From contig NC_092680.1 of the NCBI RefSeq assembly GCF_964355755.1, positions 17,865,045 to 17,929,044 of the forward strand: DNA of 64,000 bases, read 5' to 3'. Numbering within the stretch: position 1 is the first letter of the stretch; every line of letters begins with the position of its first letter. The DNA is from Antedon mediterranea (taxonomy: Eukaryota; Animalia; Echinodermata). The notes under the pieces are model-generated. The model worked only from the letters and a program-made list of their open reading frames with translations, did not search any database and was not told the origin of the DNA. Shown piece by piece: positions 38,501 through 52,496 of the stretch. Both the position numbers and the translations under genes were made by a program.

Positions 38501-39135
38501 TTATAAGTATGACACACGCACGCTTAACAGTATATCCTGGTCATACCTCAAACTGGCATTTCCAGTAAAAATATGATAACATCTTCTATTAGAGCTAATA
38601 TAAATGTTTACATTTTGAACATTTTGACACCAAGTTGAACTTTTTATGACATTTGGTTACAGAGATACAGACATATTTAAACATTAAAGGTCAAAGGTCA
38701 GTAAATGACATTTCCTGTGGATTTGGAAGAACATGTTTAATTAGAGTATATATAAATATGTATGCTCTTAACAATTTGAAACAAATTTCAAGAAATTTTG
38801 ACCAGTAGTTATTGAGATATAGTAAGCCAATGTCAAAGGTCAAAACATTGAGAAATTACATTTCCGGTCGTTTTTTTGAAAAAAGTTCTATTAGAGCGAA
38901 TATAAATATGTACCCTCTGATCTATTTGACACCAATATCATTTCAATTGTCAAACCCGTTGCGGAGATATGGCTGTTTAAGATAGAAATATAAAAATTGA
39001 GGTCAGAGGTCACAGAGGTCAAATCAGATTTCCAGTAACTTTGTTTTGGTATCTCCATATCATGTTCTATCAACATGCCAAAGGGCACACTTGTATCCAC
39101 TATGGTAACATCATTTCCCCTTAGGGACTGGACTA
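35527..39135. mobile_element. Non-autonomous long-TIR DNA transposon, Academ-like
   Basis: Termini TAGTCCAGTCCCTAAGGGGA / TCCCCTTAGGGACTGGACTA; inverted similarity over several hundred bp; 3-bp TSD GTA. Superfamily inferred from TAG termini plus 3-bp TSD. Confidence 0.8.
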
Positions 39136-42100
39136 GTAGTACGAAATCTTATCTAATATCAGTCATCGCCAATGAATGAATCTGAGGCATAGAATTTAGA
39201 AACCAGACTTTTCACCCTCCCCTTCCTCCCACCCTTATACAGGGACGGATCCAGCATTATAGATTAGCGGGAGGGGCTAAATATTTTATAAATGATAAAA
39301 ACATTGGGTTGCTTGTTTAGCCCAGCCTAAATCTGCGCCTGTTATACAATATACTTGTTCTCAAAATAATGATTAAAAACCTTCGATCAAGTGAATGCCA
39401 TTTAACGAGTTATCGCTGTCTAGTGTAACTTTTAGCTGCAACTCAAATTAACGGTTATGATTGACAGCAATTAACACACACATTATTACATTTGGATTTT
39501 GATAGTTTGGCATTGTATTTTCGTTGTTGTAACATTTTTTTGTCGACTACCCACTGAATCAAACAATTATATGGTATTTTAAGTGCGGACCATCAGTAAA
39601 TTACATTTTATTATTAAGTTTAATTTCAGTTAATCAGCGTTATGCAGAAAAAATCAGGCCCTACACGCGTCTCTGTGGTGCCCAAAACTAATGGTATAAA
39701 ATTAACTGTATATGTAGCATATTTGAGTGATTTTATTGAACCAGCATTCTGGGATAGCTTTTAATGGATAGTTCCTTCTTTAAACAATACAACAGGTATT
39801 ATATGAAATATACAAAGGGATTTAATGTGATAAGGAAGTATTCATTGAAGTAATAGCTATTATTACTATAGTGTACTGTACATAATGATATTAAATATCT
39901 TTAGAATTCTCAACCTTTTTCTAAATAGTTCTAGAGATGTGTTTTTGTTCTGACACATAATCGACTATTTATTAAACCAACAATGACTCCACCAATTATC
40001 AGAAAAAAATTCTTTCAATAAATAATGTATTAAATAAGAAAAATTTCATTTTAACATTTTGTTTAGCAATATAGTTTTGTATTGTAATTTTTGCTACACA
40101 ATTTTTTTTTTGCATTGCATAAAATGTATGGTTTTCATATGAATAAAGGCATAAAATGAAAAATACAATAATTCTATACAGGATAGTAATGGGTAGTTAT
40201 TGCTATCATGAACAATTGTTAAAATGTCTGTTCTCAAAATGTAATTATCAATAAAGAAATTTGTTTAATACAGTATTTTGAATATCATAGCATGTCAGAA
40301 GTTTCTTTTTTCATTTATTGTGTCTTTGGAATATCTCTCTAAAGCTACTGTAGGTCCACTACCAAAATAGTTTGACAAAAAAATGTGATATGCCCATATA
40401 TAAACATGATGATGTGATATCACTACCATATTTGGGCATATCACTACCATATTTGGGCACATCACACTAGTTTGATAGTGTAGACAGAGCTATGATCAAT
40501 CATATTAAACTAAGGAGTGGCTAATTGTGTATTTAATATTTGTAGGTCTAATAGATAATATTGATAATTATGTCATTCAATCTTGACCTTAATAGTGAAA
40601 TGTAAATAAATATCTCAGTAGGTCACAGTTTATTGTCAATATAAATCAGGATATAACATAAAAACCTTATAATACATGATCTTTAAAGCTACTGTAAATG
40701 GTATAAATTAATGAATCAAAATCAACAAAATGTCATTTCTAAACTGTTGAAAATCAAATATACGTTTATTCATTACATAATCACATCAACGAAAAAATAC
40801 TATTTCTAGTTTTAAAAATAGATAATGAGATGGGGTCCAGGAACCCAGGAAGCATTGCAAACATACCAAGTAACAGACGAGCATAGATATGATATTTTTA
40901 AATTGGTGTACATTTGGGTAAAAATTGTTCCCCGCGCCCCCTCCCATTTTTTTTTTATAGTAGTTACAGATGATCATAGGTATGATATTTTTTATTAGTG
41001 TATAGAGTACATACATTTGGGTATAAATTCTTCCCCACCCGTTCCCATATTTTTCTTTTAGTTAAAAACGATTAAAGGTATGATAATTTTAATAAGTGTA
41101 TACATTTGTGTAATTTCCTCCTCAGCCCCCCACCCTCTCCCGTTTTTGTTTTCTTCTAGTTACAGCATACTGTAGTAGGCATGATATTTCTAATTAGTTT
41201 AGATACATTTGGGTGTATAATATCTTGCTCTACCTTCGAATTAAACAAACCAATATTGAACATTATGCAATAAGTGTTAATCAAAAACAATTGATTTTTA
41301 TTAAGTTGTATGTGAAGGTTAAAGTCCAGGCTGTCATGGAACAATTAAGGTATAGGAAATGATAAAGATTTTGAATCCTTCTAAATTATCTAAATGTCAA
41401 GGATATTTTATTAAATCCTGTTTTCATATTTAAGTAGTTTTTCAAAATCCACAGTTGCTAAAACTATGAAATCTTAAATAGTATTATCTCAATCATTATG
41501 GTACACCCATTAAATTCTTTCATAATGGCATTTATTTAAAAAAAAATCTTCACAATAAAACTGAATTTAGATTGATTTTTACATAAGATTGTATAAAAAT
41601 ATAAATCTAAAACACATAAAAACCCATGACGAAAAAAAGGAAAGCAGGTCTGTCATACATTTAAATATCATAGAAGTGAGAAGCAAAAAATTAACTATTA
41701 AATCATTTTTATATAGACCTGATTTTTGATAAATTTGTACTTTTAAAAAAACGTTTCAAAAGAATGGTTACCATTAATACCCAAAATGCAATGTGCTCAG
41801 GTATAGTCAAACATTCAAGGTGGTATAATAGTTGATGGTTCAACAGGGCTCAATCAATATCAACAAATAACCAATTATTTTGTATTTCAGCTAAAAGTTT
41901 AAAACCGCACTAACCAGTTTAAATGGCGTTTCTAACCAGCCATTTGAATTTGTCTGGTTTCAAGAAATTTAATTGGGAGAAATATTTATTAAACACATGG
42001 AATTCATTACCTTATCAGATTGTTTCAAGCTCAACACATAACACTTTCAAACAAACATATGACTCTCACATAAAATAGAGAGAGGAGGCAGCCTATAATA

Positions 42101-42600
42101 TATGAGTAAAATATACTCATTGTCTCCTTATTTCACTAAAGGTAAGCATCACTTAAAGTAAGCATCACCTGGTTATTTAATCAGTGCTTTTTCGTAACAG
42201 AATGCCCTCTAAATGACAAGATATTTTATTTTTATTCTTCATAATTCTGTATTCATGCATGGTTTGAACAGATGGTAAAAGCAATAACTGAACCATTAAC
42301 TTTTGATATTTACTTAAGTACAATACATGATATCAATTAACAATTATCAATAAAGTACATGAATCTCCAAACTTGTTATAATCCTTTCTAAAATCTGTGT
42401 TGTGCTCTACTGTCCATACACTATACTTACAACACCGGGCCTAGCCTGCGGTCTAGTATTAGTGAAAGGGTGAAAAAACTCAAAATAGGTCGGTTGGTTA
42501 CCCCTACCTAGAGTTAGACTGTAGTACCTACATCCAGGCTGAATAGATATTATTATTATATCAATAAAAGGTTTTAGAATGTTTCGTGTAGTAGACTTAC

Positions 42601-42631
42601 CTTCTTCGTTATAAAAATTAAAACTATCCAT
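42601..42631 (-). CDS. MCTP1: MCTP-family gene, first coding exon (MDSFNFYNEE-)
   Basis: ATG + 10 codons + G|GTAAGT, phase 1, compatible with exon 2; lies next to the promoter-like region. Confidence 0.7.
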
Positions 42632-44239
42632 TGTTCGTAGTGACAAAACTATTTCTCATCTAATAGAATTATCACGTTTCCAAAGGTATTAATCAGCGCG
42701 GTTTGTTTACATTTTTCACTCTGGTGGTGGTAAGGTAAGTACCGCCTCTTAAAATGACGTCACTTCAGGAAGTAAACTTTTTCATAGAGAGGGCGGCAGT
42801 CTATTTTAATTAACTTATTTTAAATTATAAACGTAGGCGGCACATTGACAAAACAAAACACAGTGTCTCTCACTCTCACGGATCAGCGCGAAAACTTATT
42901 TATTATAAAATAATTGAAAATAATGATGTTACTGCATAGACAGAACGAGAAAGTTAGGAGGATATTTTGAAAAATAGACTACTATCTGCTGGTCCCCGGA
43001 AATTGCACTTTAAATATAAAATGAAATGATATATAGTCTTCATGCCAATACGAGCCAACAAAATAAAAAATTATAAAACAGCTCGAGCCACAACCTTTGC
43101 TAATTTGTACAATTCATAAAACAGGATAGTCCAACTTCGACGTCGGTAGGGCATTGACAAACATCTTTACAAATTTTCTATATTTTTGTTCGGGTGTTCT
43201 TAAAAACAGAAAAAAAGATATTATATGAAAGCAACCAAGTTGAAGACAAATTCTGCTAGAAACATGTAACAAGTTAATCTGAGTGAAATAGAGAAAAGAA
43301 GAACGGGTATAAAGGTAGGCCTACGGTGGCCAGGCAATTAAGAATGATTCGCAAAGCACGGTTCTGCAAAGGTTGGTTCGAGCAAGTCGGAGTCAACTAG
43401 CATCTATTCTTAACTACAATTGTACGTCATTGCGTTATATATTGTATAACTATTTATTAAAAATCCTAATTCAATTTTAATAAATACTTTTATTTTGCAA
43501 TTATAATATTATTCACTTCCATAGAAAAATAACGAACAAAAGTAATTATTTCACTTTAAAAAGACACCAGGCCTATAATAATGAAATTGTTAATTTAACC
43601 AAAAGTTCATCTGCTTTCTTTCTTTTTTTTTCAGGTAAATAATTTGGTGGTTTTTTCGATCCAGTTTTTGGTCAAAGTGAATAATTATGTTGCAATAATA
43701 TTGCATAAAAAGGTACAATCTTTAGGTCCTTGTGTTTAAGGTATAATGTAGTAGTATTTTTTATTTATTTCATTTTCTAGTATGGAAGGGGATTAAAAAG
43801 GTAATAAATCTAAATGTTTTAAGTACACTACATCCGATTCGTTAGTAAAATTTACTCTGTATTATAAAGATAAAAAATAATCCAGTAAAGATAAGTCAAA
43901 AGTATAAAAGGGTGAACTTAGAACAAAATACTTAGATATTTTACAGTAGGCCTAACATTACAGTCGTTGATTTATTTGGCTCACCGTTGGCTACTCTAAA
44001 AAAAAATTCAGCGATTAAATAATCATTAAAATGTGTCAAGAAATTTGAGCATGGAGTGTAAAACTCATGATTTGAGGGAATCATTAGGACCTACAAAACG
44101 TAGTCGTTGGCTCTGGTCGTCATCATATTGAGACATGTGCAAAGCAAAATGCTGTGAAGACGTCTGGACAACACCAATAGAAACAGCGTGTTTAGCCGAT
44201 GAAATTGTGTGTATAACTTGATTAAAAACATTCATCAAA
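42632..44239. promoter_or_regulatory. Divergent (head-to-head) promoter region between MCTP and CCT3
   Basis: 1.6 kb between the two ATGs; CRE TGACGTCA ~42755, ETS CAGGAAGT ~42767, GC box GGGCGG ~42790. Confidence 0.55.
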
Positions 44240-44273
44240 ATGATGCGAGGCGGTGCCCCAATTGTTGTATTAA
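44240..44273 (+). CDS. CCT3: T-complex protein 1 subunit gamma, exon 1
   Basis: MMRGGAPIVVL, donor GTATGT, phase 1. Confidence 0.85.
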
Positions 44274-44357
44274 GTATGTATTTGACTATATATGTATATC
44301 ATTTATAAATCACATATAATATAGTCGATTTGTAATTTTACTTTCTATATTTTTCAG

Positions 44358-44419
44358 ATCAAAACACGAAGCGTGAAAGTGGCCGAAAGGTTCAGCTTGG
44401 AAATGTCGGTGCGGCGAAG
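44358..44419 (+). CDS. CCT3: CCT3 exon 2
   Basis: QNTKRESGRKVQLGNVGAAK, typical CCT3 N-terminus; AG/GT borders. Confidence 0.95.
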
Positions 44420-45177
44420 GTGTGTATCATGCTGCCTTTTTTCTGTTGCTAAGTCGATGATGATAGGCCTAGGACGATTTGTTCTGGAAGATTCCATTTT
44501 AATTATTTTAAAAATTTACACTTCTAGGCATAGGCCTAGTTGAATTTAATCGACGCATAATGATAATTAATTACTGTTTAATAATTTATAGTTGCATTAT
44601 GATTTTATTTACAAAATGTTCATCCCGATTTTCATGAATGAGAACGATTTATTGAAATACCGACGACGTGAATCCAACAAAAAAAAGTCAGTTCGTCCCA
44701 TATTTAACCCCAGGTTTGATTTATTATCTTTTTTAAGAAACTGATTTTATTTAGTTATAAATATCCCGGAGGCCATTAATTATGCCCCTATAATAGGGCC
44801 TTTTAGTTTATAATTAGGCCTAAATAAAACAATCATTAATAACATTTTTGTTTGTAAAGTTACTTTCTGTCTGTAGATTTTTTAGGCTACGAAACTGCCA
44901 TGACAAGAAGCCTGTTTTCCGTACTATTCTGTACATTTTCAAATTGTGATCAACATTACATTATTGTTAATGATTCGGTGGGTTTGTAGGGTGTGTCAGA
45001 CAAATAACCTTTTAACTGCATTTCAAATGCATTTTACTATACTAAATATATATATTTATTTATTTGTGTTATCTTATTTTCCCTCTATTCTTTAAAATAC
45101 ATTTAAATCATATTTTTTAATTAAATTAAATGATTAATTTGTAGTTTAGGTTAATATAAATTTCTTTTTAATTGCAG

Positions 45178-45228
45178 GCCATTGCTGATGTCATTCGAAC
45201 ATGTCTTGGACCAAGGTCCATGATGAAG
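45178..45228 (+). CDS. CCT3: CCT3 exon 3
   Basis: AIADVIRTCLGPRSMMK. Confidence 0.95.
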
Positions 45229-45311
45229 GTCAGAAGATTTTTTTTTCATTTCATTTACGGGTATATTTTCGTAGAACTGGTAGCACAAGTGTGCGAAAAT
45301 ACGGGAAATTA

Positions 45312-46551
45312 GGCCAAATAAAAAAATATACTTGTTAAGCGTCACACCCTCATAAATTTTCAGGGGCGGGGGGACGGTTTTTTTTTTTTTTTTTAAATTT
45401 TTATGGAGGTATATTTTTGCGCGGTGGACGTTTTGGCCCACTTTTTTTTAGGACGAAACGTCAAACTTTTAAAATGCGAAACAGAACAAAATTGACTATG
45501 TATGAAATATTATTGCCTATGACAAAATTGAGTTTTGTATTGTTTATATCCAGACGTAATTAAAACATTGAATTTAAATGCCACCAAGCGAAATTATAGG
45601 CCCTAGGCTAACTAATCCGTCCAAGCTGCTACCCCCGCCTCACTCACTCGACTCATCTATCCAGGAAATTCCCTATCGCGAGAAGCATGATTTGGTCTCA
45701 ATAATACTAAATAGTAGTAGTGGGCTGATTTATAGTTTGAAAACAGCTTACAGCATTTCTTAAGTGAATTTTTATTCAACGTATTCATTCTTCTTTGATG
45801 AATCCTTTGCCAATTGCTGTGTAAATCAGTATTTAAAGTTGTGATGCAAAAAGTGTATGTAATTATTCCACAGGTAAACCAGGAATGGAAACCCATCGCC
45901 CAACAGGACCTCGTGGTGTGCCGATCTCGAGCGCGAGATCATCGTAAACAAAATTGGTAGAGTCCATTATGTATGGGGTGTTTCCTATTTACGAACCTAT
46001 ATAAAAACGCGCTTCGACCACATTGTAGGCAAAATATTTATTTCGTTAATTCCCTAAATTGATAATCGCGTATTCTGTAATCACGTGACTGATGATGTAA
46101 TCCTCAGCGACGTACTAAATGCACATGATTTAATGTGTTGGGGAAAAAGCCTGCTGTTTACCACATTACATGATTCACGGTGCTATTCGCGTTTCCTTGA
46201 CGTAAATCGGCGGCGTGTAAATGAAACAATTGTTTTCACCAAATTGCCGTTGTCGACATAGAGCGATCGGCGGCTAGCGTTGGCTAAGATAAAAAAGTAC
46301 GTATTTTTCAAAAAATTACACTAGCCTAACAAACATTTGCTAGTTTTGAAATTTTTAACTAGCAATTATGAAGAATCTACTAGCAAAATGCTAGTTTGCT
46401 AGCGTGAATTTCGAGCCCTACTCTGGAGCTGGGCCGGGCCGCTGAACTTTCCGTTGTATATGGGTAAAAAAAAAAAAAAAAAAAAAAGAGAGGCGGCTGG
46501 ATAATCAGGAGCGGGCGCTGACGCTTAACAAGTATGTTTTTTTATTTGGCC
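45312..46551. mobile_element. Non-autonomous TIR element in CCT3 intron 3
   Basis: ~33-bp TIR GGCCAAATAAAAAAA(T/C)ATACTTGTTAAGCGTCA; TTA on both sides. Confidence 0.8.
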
Positions 46552-49500
46552 TTACTAGTTTAAGTCCCTGGCTCGTCCCATGTCACTATTTATCGCAGAA
46601 TTTTAGTAGGTATTTTAGCTATACTGGATGCTAAACTCATCGCTAGAGGGGTCCTACATTAGAATCAATGAAAACTAGTTGCCAGAGCTATCGCAAACTC
46701 TGCTCGCGAACGGTTCCCCTCTATGTCATGGCCTTTTTCCTGTTGTCTTACAAGTTCGAGTCCAAAGTTTATTTTCCCCACTGTTTGGTCTCTTTCCCCC
46801 CCCCCCCCCCATTTAGTTTCTTAAAAGAAGATTGCTATTTGCAAAAACATGTGTTGATTTATTTAAACAAATATATTGCAGTACAATGGTTACAGCATTT
46901 ATAAAATTATTCAAGGTTGTATGACCACAAGCTGTGACTAGTTTAGTATACCATTTCTTTTATTTAGTCTATGCTTATGACGAGTCATGCGCGCTAATCA
47001 TACAGTATTTTTAGCGTGTTTTCAGACCACTCGACTCTCCCGATAATTCTGGGAGTTTTCAGTATTTTGAGTTGTCTTCTGCCATCTTTTTTTTCCTTTT
47101 AACTATTTTTGATATGCAAAAATTTGTATTTATTTTATTTGTTAACAAAAGATTTAAATTTCTAATCGAGAATCACAATGTTGACGTCACAATACCATGT
47201 GACATCCCTTGTTACTCGTCAATGGCTTAAGCGTTATTGAACGCTTCGGTCGTTCCAAAGTAGCAAGTGATATTGTTGCTGTACGTCAGAACGTGTTAGT
47301 CTATAAACACAGATCAGTATGATGGTTTTTAATAGTGCCCTCTATAGTTTAATGTATTTTTATTCACAATTTTTTTCTGCTCGCTTAAATAGCAATGCTT
47401 TCATAAATTCTTCCAATATTATACTTTTACAAGCCTGTGGTAATGCAAAATTGCAAGGGATAATGTATTATATAATGTAACTAATTACTGTAGTCAAGCC
47501 ACTGATTTGCTAAGAAATGCTTTTATTTTCAGTTTTAGGATAATATAGTGACTACAACATTAATGTATATTCCTGTCTAAGAAAGTGATGGTCTTGAACA
47601 TTTGATTTAAGAATTATTAACCTCTGTCTACACTATCAAACTTTATGTGACAACAAAATGTGATGTGCCCATAAATGGACATGATGTCATATCACTACCA
47701 TATTTGGGCATATCACATTTTTTTTGTCAAACTAGTTTGATAGTGTAGATAGAGCTTTACTGTACTGTACCAATAATAGAGTAGCATTCTTTATGCTACC
47801 CTACTGACACTATTTTCTGAATACCTCAGTATAAAAAAAGAGTATAATTACTGAGTGATGGTCTATTTAAAATTTAGAAAATAGTTTACCTGTTTTATAT
47901 TGGTCACTCTTCATAACGTGTTCACTCGCTATGCATCCTATCAGGCATGACGACATCTTGGAATATAATTTGTTTCAATGATGACTGGTTTTGGGTAAGT
48001 AATCCAATACAAATAAATGTCAAAATTATAATATTAGTTTTTGCAACTTGAATGAGTGCAATTTTAAACCGTGTCTTGATTGGGCTGTTTCCAATTTTAA
48101 CTACTCAACATAAGTTGTACTACTGTGCTGTAGTATACCTTCTTATTATGAATATGGTACACCTTAAAGAAATAATAGAATTTTATTAATTAAAGGCTAA
48201 AAATACATAATAAATGCTTGTGTTTTTACTAATAGTGATATGGTTCTCTAGGCCTAGGATGGGTGAGAGGATGGCTAGGTAATATTACAGAAGGTTGGCT
48301 ATTACAGTAAATGTTGACCTGGAAGTTAAAGAATTCCACCAAAAAAAAGGACCTATTTTCCTAAAAACAACCATGAACTCAAAAAGTATCCAAGTGCTAA
48401 TATGTTGCATCATGGAATATCAAAAAAATTTCATTTAAATAGTATTATAATGGTTATCTATATATAAGAGAATAAGTATGTAAATTCCAACCAGTTTATT
48501 GTTAAACGACAATGTTATGGTCACATTATTTTGGAAGTGCAAGTGTTAGCTAATCCAATGTCTGTCTTTTTAGAAGATGATCTCTTTGACCTTTCAGCAA
48601 CACTCAAGTTTTAGGGTTTTTTTTCTCTTAAATTCCCGGTGTACCCTTTTAAAATTGCAAACGAATCAGGGTCCCTTTCCAATGGCATATATTTTCTTGT
48701 ATATCTTGGATTTCATAGTGAATTCCATGTGTAGTTTAAGCCACAAATCAGACATGTCAAAATATACGACGACATTCATGGTCTAATCAAACAATCGTAC
48801 CACCAGCAAATAAAAGGCTACTTACCCTTAAAACAACGTGCTCCAGTGTACAAACATCATTATACAACAAGTAAGAAATTATATCTGTTGAATAACACCG
48901 ACCTGCAGTTTATTGACGCCTCATTGATTGGTTTATTGGTTTCAATTAATATTCATGTCGGTTATTCAGTGCGTTTTATTTGAATTACATCCATGAGGAG
49001 GGTAGTTTGACGTTCAACAATTCAAATATTGGTTATTGTGCGCCAAGGACTTTTTTTGTAGTTTCTTGTACATACAAAACACTGTTTAATGGGTGTGTGC
49101 TTTTATATACAACTTGTGGGTAGGCTTAAGCTTTGTTTAGAAAAATGTGATGTGCCCATATATTGACATGATGATGCCCACTACCATATTTGGGCACATC
49201 ACTTTTTTTTGTCAAACTAATTTGATATAGTAGACAGTGTAGTGTAGACAGAGCTTTATATCAAATTTAGGGGCCGTTTATATCCAGTTCACCTTTTGGG
49301 TGGACTTATATATTCAGTTAGAGATTTGGGATCGGTGGGCTTAAAAACAAACAATAATCAAGAAATGGGGTCAAGTTCTATTACCTTTTTAGAGAAACAT
49401 AACACTGTCTAGAGAACCTGTCCATTCTCACTCTTGCAATGTTCTCATCCTGATTTGAATAGCCTTTCTCATTACAATTCACAAATACATTGTGTTTTCT

Positions 49501-49627
49501 ATATGAAACCCTTTCTATATAGTTGGAAAAAGGTTTGATTACTTTTGTTGTTTTACTTTCTGAAATGTAAATTTTGTCAAATAGAAATATACTATAAATT
49601 TATTTTTATTTTATTTGTATTTTCTAG

Positions 49628-49690
49628 ATGTTGATGGATCCTATGGGTGGTATAGTGATGACAAATGATGGTAATGCCATCTTAAGAGAG
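49628..49690 (+). CDS. CCT3: CCT3 exon 4
   Basis: MLMDPMGGIVMTNDGNAILRE (TNDG motif). Confidence 0.96.
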
Positions 49691-50272
49691 GTAACATTAC
49701 ATATTTACAATTACTGTATATCCTTTGGTATAATCCCACTTTTAGTTTAATCACGCCCCCTACTTTATGTCTGATTTCACAAACAGACATATCCCTGGGC
49801 ATAGTCCCAGTATTGACTTTTGTTCCTGCTTACCTGGCTAATGTCGGTTTATCCAGGCATGTGACACTTATAGACTACAATCACCATTTCTGGGTATAAT
49901 TTATTCTGAGCAATTTTAATAATTGCAAAATCAATGCCACTTGACTCAACTTAAAGATGTATTGTCTCTCAAAAACAAAAAATGAAGATTAATTTTAAAA
50001 AATCGGGCTTTGAATAGGTTATTTTGTAGTTTTAATAACTTTCGTAGAAAAAAACGCTGATGTTTTCACTTATAAAACGACAAAATAAATGGTTAAATTC
50101 TTCTACTCTACAGTGTTTTTTTTTTATTTAAATTTTTTGATCAAAGTGGATAACTATTATATGACATTAAAATGACATATTCAACAAATAATGTTTACAA
50201 ATAATTTTTTTCATGGGGAAAATACATAATTTAACATAAACTATAAAACAATTTCTAAATTTTACCGTTCAG

Positions 50273-50369
50273 ATAACTGTTCAACATCCGGCTGCGAAGT
50301 CCATGATTGAAATTAGTCGGACACAAGACGAGGAAGTTGGAGATGGCACAACATCAGTTATCATTTTAG
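50273..50369 (+). CDS. CCT3: CCT3 exon 5
   Basis: [32 protein letters not shown] (GDGTT ATP-binding motif). Confidence 0.97.
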
Positions 50370-50803
50370 GTATGCATTTTAACATAGCCAAACCTCAACA
50401 GGATCCCTGTGTACATGTGTAAAGTGTCATTGCAATCCATCTTATGGTTTAAACAAGCCTTTCAAAACCATAAGTATTGACTTTGATAGACTGAAGATTT
50501 CCTTTTGGGATGGTAGGCAGGAGGAAACAATAAAAAAGATTAATCTATGCTCACGTATATTGTCAGAGTACACCCCCCCCCTCCCCCTCCATTCATTATT
50601 GGGACTAGTTGATGTAGTGTTTATCTATCGTCTACTCAGTAAGGGGAAAAATAGCAAAATCAGAACTGTGGTCATTTTACAAATGTTGTCAAAGCAATAT
50701 AGATTATCAGTAACAATTATTATAAATCTCCTAGAAAGTAGGAAGCCTTTTGCCATTTTTTCCCTGACTGTACTGTCATTAAATGGTAGTTTTCTATCAT
50801 AAC

Positions 50804-51055
50804 AACATACTCCTTAGATCCACTTCTGGGGCTTGTAGAACAAGGCCAGACCATGAGTTTTAAACTGATGCCTGTCCTTGCTCTTGTGCCCAGCAACACT
50901 CGTGTTGTTCAATCGGAAGTGCTTGAGTCATTAGTGTGTAACAGTAATATACCTCCATTGCTGGAACCATTGATCATTGTGCAGCGTTTGACTGTGTGTT
51001 ATCACACAGTTTGAATGTCATTTCCACAATGAGCACTCCAGTGATGGGGACAACT
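50804..51055 (+). ncRNA. SNORA53: SNORA53-like box H/ACA RNA, copy 1 (CCT3 intron 5)
   Basis: ~252 nt. Motifs CCTTAGATCCAC and GTGCTTGAGTCATT..GTAA..AATATACCT match my recollection of SNORA53. H box ACAGTA, 3' hairpin CTCCATTGCTGGA/TCCAGTGATGGGG, ACA 3 nt from the end. Confidence 0.82.
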
Positions 51056-51232
51056 GTTTCTTGGCACCATGCCAATAATGTAGCTGCTGCAGTAACTGCA
51101 GCAGCTACATTTTTTACTGCAAAAAAAACTTTTTTTTTAGTTCGTTTCAATTTGTAGGTTATGAGGCACATGTATTGTTATATTTTAGCATAATACATAA
51201 TATTGTGTTACCTTAATTTTACTTATTTTTAG

Positions 51233-51350
51233 CTGGTGAAATGATGGCAGTGGCTGAGCCATTCTTGACTCAGAAGATGCATCCAACGCTAATCATCGAC
51301 GCCTACAAGCTGGCTATGGAAGACATGCTAAAGATAATGAAGGAACAATC
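51233..51350 (+). CDS. CCT3: CCT3 exon 6
   Basis: GEMMAVAEPFLTQKMHPTLIIDAYKLAMEDMLKIMKEQ. Confidence 0.95.
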
Positions 51351-51424
51351 GTAAGTTACTAAGCCAACAGCTTTCTTAAGCACTGTCTACACTATCAAAC
51401 TAGTTTGACAAAAAAAGTGTGATG

Positions 51425-51655
51425 TGCCCAAATATGGTAGTGATATACCCAAATATTGTAGTAGTGATATACCCAAATATTGTAGTAGTGATATACCCAA
51501 ATATTGTAGTAGTGATATACCCAAATATTGTAGTAGTGATATACCCAAATATTGTAGTAGTGATATACCCAAATATTGTAGTAGTGATATACCCAAATAT
51601 TGTAGTTAGTGAAATACCCAAATATTGTAGTTAGTGAAATACCCAAGTATTTTAG
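51425..51655. repeat. 24-bp minisatellite expanded inside a Harbinger MITE
   Basis: (TAGTGATATACCCAAATATTGTAG) about 9 times. Confidence 0.9.
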
Positions 51656-52415
51656 TAGATACGTCAAATAAATATGTAAGTTGTTGTCTTGTACAATTAA
51701 TGGCCTCCTAGCGGAAAACTCGTTTTAATTTATTTGAGTGATGCGAAAAAAACGTTGTTGATGGCAAGTAACGCTACATCGCTGTCACTTATTACAGGCT
51801 GGCGAAGTCGTTGTGATTTACATAAAACTTTAATATTGACGCCTAGGTAGGCGGACGAAGTTTGAGTTTTTAAGGAAAAATTATTTTTGCGAATGATGTA
51901 ACATTTTTTTTCGCAAAATGACAACTCCAATTGCAATTTGTGAAAACGCGAATAGTTAGCGTGAGCATAGACATAACATTTTTTTGTCACATAAAGTTTG
52001 ATAGTGTAGACATTTTATACTGTGCATTCCATCTCTATGCAAATTACAGATTGCCTAGGGCCTGGGGAGATCATTCAGATAATTGAACATTATGATTTTA
52101 GTGTTGTTAAAGTCTGTCAATTTGTATATTAGTAGGTAATCCATTACCTAAGCTGCCTAAATATGTTTGGATAAAAATAGATTTGCCTTATTAAATGTTT
52201 ACATATTAAGTGAATCTTTAATGATCTAAGTTACTTTGTAGATAATATAATTTTTTTATTTTATATACTAGAAAAATGATAATTGTAAATAGTTTTTTAA
52301 ATGTGTTTGTTAATGTTCTGTATTGGTATATTTATTCTAACAATAATAAAAATGCATGCATGATTTAATTCACATAGTGTGTTCACATTGATCAAATTGG
52401 TTTGTTTTTTTTAAG

Positions 52416-52496
52416 CAAAAAGATTGATATTAACAATGATGAGGAAATGCTGAAAATAATCCAAAGTGCCGTAGGAACTAAATTCGTCAACAAATG
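52416..52496 (+). CDS. CCT3: CCT3 exon 7
   Basis: KKIDINNDEEMLKIIQSAVGTKFVNKW; AAG acceptor, phases consistent. Confidence 0.9.

Noticed and set aside
50804-51055. Telomerase RNA or U17 as identity of the long H/ACA RNA
   Set aside because: No CUAACCC template and no intact U17 m1/m2 pair; motifs fit SNORA53.
51387-51667. Repetitive ORFs / CRISPR-like periodicity
   Set aside because: Pure tandem 24-mers with no spacers, inside a MITE.
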